Below are positions 57,076 to 64,000 of a stretch of 64,000 nucleotides of DNA, one piece after another. Source of the DNA: an uncultured Rhodobacterales bacterium (GTDB taxonomy: Bacteria; Pseudomonadota; Alphaproteobacteria; Rhodobacterales; Rhodobacteraceae). The first letter of the stretch is position 1; each line of letters begins with the position of its first letter. A program made the translations under genes and the position numbers. The notes beneath the pieces were generated by a model. The model was not told the origin of the DNA, did not search any database, and worked only from the letters and a program-made list of their open reading frames with translations. The DNA is taken from NCBI GenBank assembly GCA_964351755.1, contig CAYGPT010000001.1, forward strand, positions 95,474 to 159,473, in the 5' to 3' direction.

Positions 57076-59049
57076 TCAGACCAGATCGGCGTCGGTCATG
57101 ATCTCGACCAGTGCGGGGCCGTCCACATCCAATGCCTTCTGCAACGCCGCCTCGATGTCGCCCGAGTGCGCTACCTTTTCCCCATGCGCCCCGCAAATCT
57201 TGGCAAAGGCGGCAAAGGACGGGTTGTGCAGGTCAGTCTCCCACACCGGCCATTCACCGGATCGCTGCTCCTTTGAAATCTTGCCAAGCTCGCCGTTGTG
57301 CAAAAGCACGTGGGTGATGTCCATGCCGTATTTCACGGCCGTCGTCAGTTCCATCGCGTATTGCCCGAACCCGCCATCGCCCGAGATCGAGATGACCTTC
57401 CGCCCTTTTAGCCAATCGAAGTCCTGACAGGCGGCCCACGCTCCCATCGCCGCCGGAAATCCGAAGCCGATGGAGCCGAGATAGCCCGACATCAGCACCC
57501 GCTGCCCTTTGGTTTCGAAATAGCGGCCAAAGGAATAGGTGTTGTTTCCCACATCCACCGCGATGATCGCATCGGACGGAGCGACCCGTGATAACGCGTC
57601 GAAGACTGCGACCGCGTGGATGCCCTTGGCCGTTTGTTCGCCCAGTCTTGTCCGTTTTTCCGCGCGCCATATGTCCCAACGTCCAACCAACTCGCCGATC
57701 TGGTCGGCGCTGTCCGGGGGACGCTTGATCTGTGGGGCAACGGCGGCGCAGAAGGCTCCGATTTCGGCCCAGATAGGCAGGGCAACGGCGTGGAATTTGC
57801 CCAGTTGCATACGTTCGTAATCGACCTGGATGATCGGCTTTTTCGGCGCGATCCCTGTGTGGTTTGAAAAGGATGTGCCAAGGGTCAGGATCAGGTCAGC
57901 CTCGTTCATGAACCAGCTTGCGATTGGGGTGCCCGATCGGCCCAACACGCCTGCCGCGTTGGGGTGATCATCCGCGATCAGCCCTTTGCCTTTAAACGTG
58001 GTCAAAACGGGTGCGCCAAGGTCGACTGCCAGTGCCGTGATCGCCGTCATATGATCCCACGCGCCGTGCCCGACGACGATGATCGGGCGCTTGGCCGCGT
58101 TCAGCAATTCAAGCGCATCTGCCACATCCGCGTCAGACGGTTTCATCACCGCCCTGCCCATCCGCCCGTCGGGCGCACTGGCGGGTTTGTCGGACGGGTT
58201 GGTCTGCATGTCGTCGGGAAAGATAAGGTGCGCCACGTCCTGTTCCACCAGCGCATTCTTCATCGCAAGTGAGACGATTTCGGAGTGATTGGATGTGGAC
58301 AGCACAGTCTGGCTGAACCGGGTGACGGCGGCGAAGGCCGAGGCAAGATCAATGTCCTGAAAGGCGCCGGGGCCGAACACTTGCGTCTGGACCTGACCCG
58401 TCAGCGCCAGCACTGGCGCGCGGTCCACCTTGGCATCCCACAGCCCGGTCAGCAGGTTGGTCGCACCGGGTCCAGCAATGGTCAAGCAGGCAGCAGGATG
58501 GCCGGTCAGCTTGCCGTAGGCCGAGGCGGCGAAAGCAGCAGCACCCTCGTGGCGAATACCGACATATTTCATCTCTCCTGCTTCAACACGCATCCGTATG
58601 GCGTCAGCCAGTCCAAGGTTCGAGTGACCAACCATGCCGAACACGTGGCGGATACCCCAGTTGACCATGCTTTCGGCCATCTGGTCGCTGACTGTGCGCT
58701 GATGTTCAGGCTCTGGTTCAAGGCCGACGAAAATCTCGTCCCCTTCGATTTTCACGGGATAGATATCCTGCCCGCTATCCTCGTGCCCGCCGGGTGGCTT
58801 GCCTGTGAGGGGATCGAAATCCCAGCCGTGCCACGGGCAGCGGATCCAACACTTTCCGCCCTCGCCGCGCTCGATCGAACCTTCGCCCAACGGTCCGCGC
58901 TGGTGCGGGCAGTGGTTGTTCATCGCAGCCCATTGTCCGTCGAAATGCGACAGGCAGATTGAGGTCGTGCGAGCGGTCACGGTCTTGACGCGCCCCTCTG
59001 GCAAGTCGCCTGTGTGTCCGACACTGATCCAGTCGAGGTTGTCCATCAT
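57076..59049 (-). CDS. Rieske [2Fe-2S] domain fused to a thiamine-pyrophosphate enzyme (acetolactate synthase/pyruvate oxidase-like)
   Basis: Rieske ligands CPH...CPWH in aa 1-110. TPP_N/M/C architecture with GDGGFGQY-X-LLHNG (GDG-X24-27-NN type). The ATGATG start overlaps the upstream stop. Confidence 0.85.
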   Translation of the reverse strand: MMDNLDWISVGHTGDLPEGRVKTVTARTTSICLSHFDGQWAAMNNHCPHQRGPLGEGSIERGEGGKCWIRCPWHGWDFDPLTGKPPGGHEDSGQDIYPVKIEGDEIFVGLEPEPEHQRTVSDQMAESMVNWGIRHVFGMVGHSNLGLADAIRMRVEAGEMKYVGIRHEGAAAFAASAYGKLTGHPAACLTIAGPGATNLLTGLWDAKVDRAPVLALTGQVQTQVFGPGAFQDIDLASAFAAVTRFSQTVLSTSNHSEIVSLAMKNALVEQDVAHLIFPDDMQTNPSDKPASAPDGRMGRAVMKPSDADVADALELLNAAKRPIIVVGHGAWDHMTAITALAVDLGAPVLTTFKGKGLIADDHPNAAGVLGRSGTPIASWFMNEADLILTLGTSFSNHTGIAPKKPIIQVDYERMQLGKFHAVALPIWAEIGAFCAAVAPQIKRPPDSADQIGELVGRWDIWRAEKRTRLGEQTAKGIHAVAVFDALSRVAPSDAIIAVDVGNNTYSFGRYFETKGQRVLMSGYLGSIGFGFPAAMGAWAACQDFDWLKGRKVISISGDGGFGQYAMELTTAVKYGMDITHVLLHNGELGKISKEQRSGEWPVWETDLHNPSFAAFAKICGAHGEKVAHSGDIEAALQKALDVDGPALVEIMTDADLV

Positions 59050-60656
59050 GTCGGTCCTCCAAACGCTACACCCGAAATCTCGGACATGTCCTTTTTCCAT
59101 GTTGTCAGATCGTCTGCGTTGAACTTGTTCAGGTGATCGTGGCCGCAGGCACGAGCCATGACCTGCATCAATTCGGTGCTTGCCTCGAAAAAATTAGCCA
59201 GTTGGCGGGCGGATTTTTCGACGATAATGCGGCTGACCAGATGCGGCTTCTGGCTGGCGATCCCAACGGGGCAATTGTTGGTGTGACATGCCCGCATGGC
59301 GATGCAGCCGATGGCCTGCATGGCCGAATTGGACAGCGCGATGGCATCCGCACCCAGTGCCAGTGCCTTGACGAAATCTGCCGGTTTGCGCAGGCCACCA
59401 GTGATGACAAGGCTGATATCATTGCGTTCCAGCCGATCCAGGTGAGCCCGCGCCCGCGCCAAAGCCGGGATCGTCGGCACAGAGATATTGTCGCGAAAGA
59501 TGATGGGCGCCGCACCCGTCCCGCCACCACGTCCGTCGAGGATGATATAGTCCACCCCGACCTTGAGGGCTGCGTCGATGTCTTTTTCGATATGTTGCGC
59601 GCTAAGTTTGTAACCGATGGGGATACCACCGGTGCGGTCGCGTACTTCGTCGGCGAACTCCTTGATTTGCTCGGGATCTGTCCAATCCGGGAACCGCGCG
59701 GGCGAGATCGCGTCCTCGCCTTCGTTCAGCCCTCGCACCTCCGCAATCTTGGCGTTTACCTTGTGCCCGGGCAAATGGCCGCCCGTGCCAGTCTTGGCCC
59801 CCTGACCACCCTTGAAGTGGAACGCCTGAACCTTGGCCACCTTGTCCCACGAAAACCCGAACCGGGCCGAGGCGAGTTCGTAGAAGTATTTCGAATTGGC
59901 CTCCTGCTCTTCGGGCAACATGCCGCCTTCACCCGAACAGATGCCTGTTCCGGCCAGTTCCGCACCGCGGGCCAATGCCACCTTGGCGGGTTCGGACAAA
60001 GCGCCGTAGGACATGTCGGAAACAAACAATGGGATGTCGAGGCGCAGGGGTTTTTGCGCGTTCGGGCCGATGATGACCTCGGTGCCCACGGCCTCATCAT
60101 CCAGCAGCGGGGGCTTGTGCAGTTGCGCGGTCAGAATCTGGATATCGTCCCAGTCCGGAAGCGTATGTCGCGGCACGCCCATTGCGTCGACCTTGCCGTG
60201 ATGGCCGGTCTTGGACAGGCCGTCGCGGGCATATTGCTGGATCAGGCCATTATAGGGTTCTTCCTCGGTTCCGTGGGATGTGTCGGCATAGAGTCCGAGA
60301 TAGGCATTGCGATTGAAAGGTTGCGGATTGTCATGCGCCCACGCGGCGATTTCGTCGCCATCAACGCAGATATCGTCCCCCTCGCGCCAGCTTTTGAACT
60401 TTGGCAGCGCCTCGTCATTTGCATATTCGCTGACACCGCTGTCGAGCCTGTAATCCCAGTCATGCACACCACAGATCAGGTTGTTGCCTCGCACAAACCC
60501 GTCCGACATGAGCGCGCCGCGATGCAGGCAGCGGCCATAAAAGACCGACACGTCGTCGTCGAGCCTGACCACGACCAGATCGACCTCTCCGACGATGGCG
60601 TAGGCAGGGATGCGGTCCTCAAGAGCCGAAAGTTGCGCGACAATTTCTTTTTTCAT
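59046..60656 (-). CDS. Rieske [2Fe-2S] domain fused to an FMN-dependent glutamate-synthase-like (GltB domain 2) enzyme
   Basis: Rieske ligands CLH-X16-CGVH in aa 1-100. GltS FMN-domain motifs (DMSYGALS, LDGRGGGTGAAP). ATG 60656. Confidence 0.85.
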   Translation of the reverse strand: MKKEIVAQLSALEDRIPAYAIVGEVDLVVVRLDDDVSVFYGRCLHRGALMSDGFVRGNNLICGVHDWDYRLDSGVSEYANDEALPKFKSWREGDDICVDGDEIAAWAHDNPQPFNRNAYLGLYADTSHGTEEEPYNGLIQQYARDGLSKTGHHGKVDAMGVPRHTLPDWDDIQILTAQLHKPPLLDDEAVGTEVIIGPNAQKPLRLDIPLFVSDMSYGALSEPAKVALARGAELAGTGICSGEGGMLPEEQEANSKYFYELASARFGFSWDKVAKVQAFHFKGGQGAKTGTGGHLPGHKVNAKIAEVRGLNEGEDAISPARFPDWTDPEQIKEFADEVRDRTGGIPIGYKLSAQHIEKDIDAALKVGVDYIILDGRGGGTGAAPIIFRDNISVPTIPALARARAHLDRLERNDISLVITGGLRKPADFVKALALGADAIALSNSAMQAIGCIAMRACHTNNCPVGIASQKPHLVSRIIVEKSARQLANFFEASTELMQVMARACGHDHLNKFNADDLTTWKKDMSEISGVAFGGPT

Positions 60657-60854
60657 TTCATCGTTCCGAATGACTGTTTTGTTGCAAGTTTGCACACGCG
60701 AACCGATAACGCACTTCACAATTGTCCGTGTGAGTGGGTTCTAGAGGGTGTGGGCGCCAGAAGCACAGGAATGCCGCGTGTCCGGCCAAAAAGGTTTGCT
60801 TGCAAAGTACGTTTCGCTGACTACCTGAGGAGTCAGACCTGCAGGAGCTCGACC

Positions 60855-61526
60855 ATGGAACTTAACGCCGACTTTTCCGAAGATGTGCGCATCGCCTATG
60901 AGGACAATCCATGGCGATCGTCGCCTGGCGCCGGAGTCGAACGCAAGATGCTGGACCGGATCGGAGACGAGGTGGCGCGCGCCACCACTATCGTGCGCTT
61001 TGCCCCCGGCAGCGCCTTTGCTGCGCACACTCATGACGGCGGAGAAGAATACGTGGTGCTGGACGGCGTATTTCAGGACGAAGAGGGCGATTTCCCCGTT
61101 GGCACTTATGTACGCAATCCGCCTACATCGCGGCACACGCCAAGTTCGGAGCCAGGGGCCACGATTTTCGTTAAGCTATGGCAGTTCGATCCCGAGGACC
61201 GCGAGCATGTACGCATCGACATGAACGCTGCCGACACCACCCCGGACGTGTCCCGCACGGGGGTCGAAACCGCCACGCTGTTCAAGGATGCGCGTGAACA
61301 TGTGCGTCTTGAGGTCTGGACCGGGGGCACGCAGCACGTGTTTACCGCGCCGGAAGGGGCCGAGGTGCTTGTGTTGGACGGCGCGATCAGCGCGGGCGAG
61401 GATCAGATGGTGTCGCGTGACTGGTTGCGTCTTGCGCCCGGATCAAAGCGGATGCTGTCAGCTGGAAAAGACGGCGCGCGGTTGTGGGTCAAGACGGGGC
61501 ACCTCAAGCACATTGTCGATCGCTAG
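60855..61526 (+). CDS. Bicupin/ChrR-like cupin domain protein
   Basis: 223 aa. Cupin motif FAAHTHDGGEEYVVLDG...VRNPPTSRHTP. It lacks an N-terminal anti-sigma zinc domain. Only the 3' part of the 797-aa ORF-track entry is credible. Confidence 0.7.
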   Translation: MELNADFSEDVRIAYEDNPWRSSPGAGVERKMLDRIGDEVARATTIVRFAPGSAFAAHTHDGGEEYVVLDGVFQDEEGDFPVGTYVRNPPTSRHTPSSEPGATIFVKLWQFDPEDREHVRIDMNAADTTPDVSRTGVETATLFKDAREHVRLEVWTGGTQHVFTAPEGAEVLVLDGAISAGEDQMVSRDWLRLAPGSKRMLSAGKDGARLWVKTGHLKHIVDR

Positions 61527-61558
61527 GCCAATCCGAGCTTTTGGCCGGCCATGATCCG

Positions 61559-62851
61559 CTAGAGACGCAGATCGCTTTCCGACTGATCGAACACCGCTTT
61601 CATATCAAAGAAAACTCCCTTCGGTGCCAGTCGCGCGCGTAGTGCCGAAGGCCCGAGTGCGACAAGGTCCGTGTGCGCCACGGCAAGGATCACCGCGTCA
61701 TACGCGCCCTTTGCCTCGGGCATGGTTTGTATCATGTCCAAACCGTGACAATCGTGCACTTCGTCTGCATCGGCCCAAGGGTCGAAAAGATCGACATCCA
61801 GACCATAGCTTTCCAATTCGGTAATCATATCCACCACTTTGGTGTTGCGTATGTCGGCGCAGTTTTCCTTGAACGTCACCCCCAGCAGCAAGACACGCCC
61901 GCCATGCACGCGCGCCTCGTGCTGTATCATCTTCTTGATCAGCAGGCTGACGGCGTGGCGCGCCATGCCATCGTTGATCTCGCGCGCCATGCGGATGATG
62001 TCGGGAATGTGCCCGGCGGCGATGGATTTGTGCACAAGGTAATAGGGGTCGACCCCAATGCAGTGCCCGCCTACCAGTCCCGGCGTAAGGCGGTTGAAGT
62101 TCCATTTAGTCGCAGCTGCGTCCAGAACAGCCGCCGTGTCGAGGCCGAGATGAGAAAAGATGATCGAGAGTTCGTTGATCAGCGCGATGGAGACGTCCCG
62201 TTGGGTGTTTTCGATGACCTTGGAGGCTTCGGCCACCCGGATGCTGGGGGCCAGATGCGTCCCTGCGGTAATGATGGATTTATAGAGTTGGTCGATCAGC
62301 GTCGCCGCCTCGGGGGTTGAGCCGGACGTGACCTTGGTGATCTTGGTCAAGGGGCGCGTCTTGTCGCCCGGATTGATCCGCTCGGGGCTATAACCTGCGT
62401 AGAAATCGGTGTTTAGCGTCAGGTTCGAGCCTGCCTCGACCAGTGGCAGGCAGTCATCCTCGGTCGCGCCGGGATAGACTGTGCTTTCATAGACCACGAC
62501 ATCGCCCCGTTTTATCACTGAAGCTATCGCACGCGATGCGGCCAGAAGCGGGGCGAGGTTAGGTTGGCGCTGGTTGTCGATAGGGGTTGGCACGGCGACG
62601 ATGTAAACGTTGCAGGCGGCGATGTCGGCAAGGTCGGAAGTGAACGTCAAGTGCGTGGCCGTGGTCAGGTCGTCCACTTCGCCCGTACTGTCGGTGCCCG
62701 ATCGCAGCTTGGTCACTCGGTCTCTGTTCAGATCATAGCCCACTGTCAGGCGCTGCTGCCCAAAGGCGACGGCCAGTGGCAGGCCGACATAGCCCAAGCC
62801 GATAACGGCCACGCGGATGTCGTCAAGTGCGGGTAGGGGGGCGTTGGTCAT
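61559..62851 (-). CDS. Nucleotide-sugar (UDP-GlcNAc/ManNAc-type) dehydrogenase
   Basis: Rossmann VAVIGLGYVGLPLAVAF and catalytic region GLVGGHCIGVDPYY. ATG 62851. Confidence 0.85.
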   Translation of the reverse strand: MTNAPLPALDDIRVAVIGLGYVGLPLAVAFGQQRLTVGYDLNRDRVTKLRSGTDSTGEVDDLTTATHLTFTSDLADIAACNVYIVAVPTPIDNQRQPNLAPLLAASRAIASVIKRGDVVVYESTVYPGATEDDCLPLVEAGSNLTLNTDFYAGYSPERINPGDKTRPLTKITKVTSGSTPEAATLIDQLYKSIITAGTHLAPSIRVAEASKVIENTQRDVSIALINELSIIFSHLGLDTAAVLDAAATKWNFNRLTPGLVGGHCIGVDPYYLVHKSIAAGHIPDIIRMAREINDGMARHAVSLLIKKMIQHEARVHGGRVLLLGVTFKENCADIRNTKVVDMITELESYGLDVDLFDPWADADEVHDCHGLDMIQTMPEAKGAYDAVILAVAHTDLVALGPSALRARLAPKGVFFDMKAVFDQSESDLRL

Positions 62852-62920
62852 CGGACAGGCCTTTGCGTCTGCTTCGCCCTGCCTAGCGGCGTGGGCGAAG
62901 CAGCGCAATATCACGCGTCA

Positions 62921-63787
62921 TCACGGTCCGAAGATCGCCTTGAACCGGTCGATGCAGGCGCGAAACCCGTCCTCGAAATTGCCATTGCCGGGGTGATAGA
63001 CGCTTTCAAGGCTGATCACCCCATCATAGCCGTCGCTGCGCAGAGCGTCCGCCATGGGTTGCAGCATCGGCCCGAGTTGCCCATTGCCCAGTTCGCGCAC
63101 TTCGAGAGAGGCGCGGGGTGTGTCGACCTGAACGTCCTTGATGTGGATATGACCCAGATAGCCATCGCGGACCTCGTCATAGCCGTCCGGGAAAGCCAGT
63201 TCATGGCACCAGCAGTTGTTCGCCGGATCCCACAGCACCTTGAGCGTGTCCTTGGCATCGAGTTCGTCAATGAGCTTTCGCGCGGTGTAGTTGGAATTGA
63301 CCATCGTTCCATTGCCGGTTTCGACCACTAGTGTGATCCCTTCGCTACGGGCAAGTTCGACGGCGGGGCCAATCATCGGGGCCATACTGTCCCACGCCCC
63401 ATGCGCGACGTTCCATTTTTCGGCCCCGTTGCGTCCCCAAAGGATCTGTTCCTTTTTTTGGGTCATGATGCGGACCAATGGGCTGCCGACCACATGCGCC
63501 ATGTCTATCACTCGTTTTAGCGCATCCATGTGCTGCGTGTGCAGCGCATCGCCGGGGCGGTTATGGGCGGTCATCCCGGCAAAGATGTGGCGGGACAGGC
63601 AACTGACCGGCTTGCCCCGGTCGCGCAGCATCGTGTTGATTTCGCTAACCTGCGCATCCGTGTGGTCGCCGACCTCCGCATCACCAACGAATTGCAATTC
63701 GGCATAGGTCAACTCGAACTCGTCCATGACGTCGATTGCGTGGAACAGATCGCGGCTGATTCCATCCGTGATCACACCCAGTTTCAT
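62921..63787 (-). CDS. Sugar phosphate isomerase/epimerase (xylose-isomerase-like TIM barrel)
   Basis: 288 aa with typical AP-endonuclease-2/TIM-barrel stretches (LVVETGNG, HIHIKD). Confidence 0.75.
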   Translation of the reverse strand: MKLGVITDGISRDLFHAIDVMDEFELTYAELQFVGDAEVGDHTDAQVSEINTMLRDRGKPVSCLSRHIFAGMTAHNRPGDALHTQHMDALKRVIDMAHVVGSPLVRIMTQKKEQILWGRNGAEKWNVAHGAWDSMAPMIGPAVELARSEGITLVVETGNGTMVNSNYTARKLIDELDAKDTLKVLWDPANNCWCHELAFPDGYDEVRDGYLGHIHIKDVQVDTPRASLEVRELGNGQLGPMLQPMADALRSDGYDGVISLESVYHPGNGNFEDGFRACIDRFKAIFGP

Positions 63788-64000
63788 CGCGTCACCTTTG
63801 CCGCGTCACGGTGTAATTCGGCGCCCACAATGTCCTCGATCACGCGGGTCGCAACCCAGTTGTCCCCTTGCGGATGGCGCGTGCGCCCGGCGTGAAAAAT
63901 CTGCATTGCAGCCGCTGCCGTATGGAGAGGCACGCCGAGTTCCTCACCCAAGGCCATCGAGATGGTGAGGTCCTTGTGCATCGTGTTGATATGGCTGCCC
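63784..64000 (-). CDS. C-terminal part of an NAD(P)-dependent 3-hydroxyisobutyrate/6-phosphogluconate-dehydrogenase-like oxidoreductase; the gene runs off the right edge
   Basis: ...INTMHKDLTISMALGEELGVPLHTAAAAMQIF... matches the HIBADH-family C-terminal helical domain. The stop overlaps the next gene's start. Confidence 0.6.
   Translation of the reverse strand, partial: GSHINTMHKDLTISMALGEELGVPLHTAAAAMQIFHAGRTRHPQGDNWVATRVIEDIVGAELHRDAAKVTR

Noticed and set aside
56893-57078. Sixty sense codons continue in frame after the TGA stop of the Rieske-TPP gene, within a 237-nt gap. This could be readthrough, a selenocysteine site or a truncated C-terminal extension.
   Set aside because: Open frames of this length are common by chance at this GC content. 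My hand count of third-position GC is only about 63%, lower than expected for real coding sequence here. The TPP enzyme already ends at a normal position (…VEIMTDADLV), and I saw no SECIS-like hairpin.
59133-61526. A 797-aa plus-strand ORF.
   Set aside because: The first ~570 codons are antisense to the Rieske-GltS-like gene and look non-protein-like. Only the last 223 codons (from ATG 60855) form a credible cupin protein.
1-64000. I looked for CRISPR arrays, IS elements or transposases, integrons, toxin-antitoxin pairs and known anti-phage defence gene signatures.
   Set aside because: I found no spaced direct repeats, DDE/serine/tyrosine recombinase motifs, or nuclease/NTPase/TIR/SIR2-type defence architectures in any frame. 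The accessory-looking content is limited to the flagellar block and the candidate systems listed under findings.

Overview
This is a high-GC alphaproteobacterial chromosome segment, most likely Rhodobacterales (roseobacter type). That call rests on FlaF/FlbT/DUF1217/MotE-type flagellar genes, a GTTC-N7-GTTC SOS box, an Irr-type ICE box and an Er-VIT1 (MbfA) gene. Layout: (1) 1-5.6 kb holds a polyamine locus: a partial class-III aminotransferase, potFGHI and an FAD oxidase. (2) 5.6-30.9 kb holds a ~25 kb alpha-type flagellar supercluster: flgD-fliK; flgJ-like, flgN-like, fliC, flaF, flbT, DUF1217; fliI; flgBC-fliE-fliQ-flgFG-flgA-flgH-fliL-like; flhA-fliR-flhB-fliJ-like; fliL, TM protein, motE-like, motA and a 762-aa secreted protein; fliF, fliH-like, fliN, fliP. 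It lacks flgE/K/L/I, fliG, fliM and motB. (3) 31-64 kb is mostly housekeeping: an orphan SOS-boxed imuB, tetR, mbfA, an AEC transporter, fghA, yaiI, HAD, an OCD-family gene, a hydrolase, MFS, zapE, accD-folC, ilvD, tRNA-Arg(CCT), lacI-ycaQ, pxpBCA and sugar-nucleotide genes. I found no CRISPR array, transposase, integrase or recognisable defence system. There are three main candidates for undescribed biology. The first is a 762-aa signal-peptide protein (AMIN-like N-terminus, helical repeats) translationally coupled to motA, inside an operon that has a MotE-like chaperone but no MotB or MotC. The second is a 1025-aa ABC-exporter-like protein whose nucleotide-binding motifs are all degenerate. 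It carries a ~320-aa insertion and a C-terminal cyclic-nucleotide-binding domain, and is translationally coupled to a CPBP intramembrane protease. The third is a translationally coupled pair of Rieske-domain fusions, one to an FMN glutamate-synthase-like enzyme and one to a TPP enzyme. Regulatory motifs read directly from the sequence are CtrA-like TTAA-N7-TTAA boxes in the three divergent flagellar promoter regions, a LexA box and an ICE box. All homology calls come from motif recognition by eye; no searches were run.
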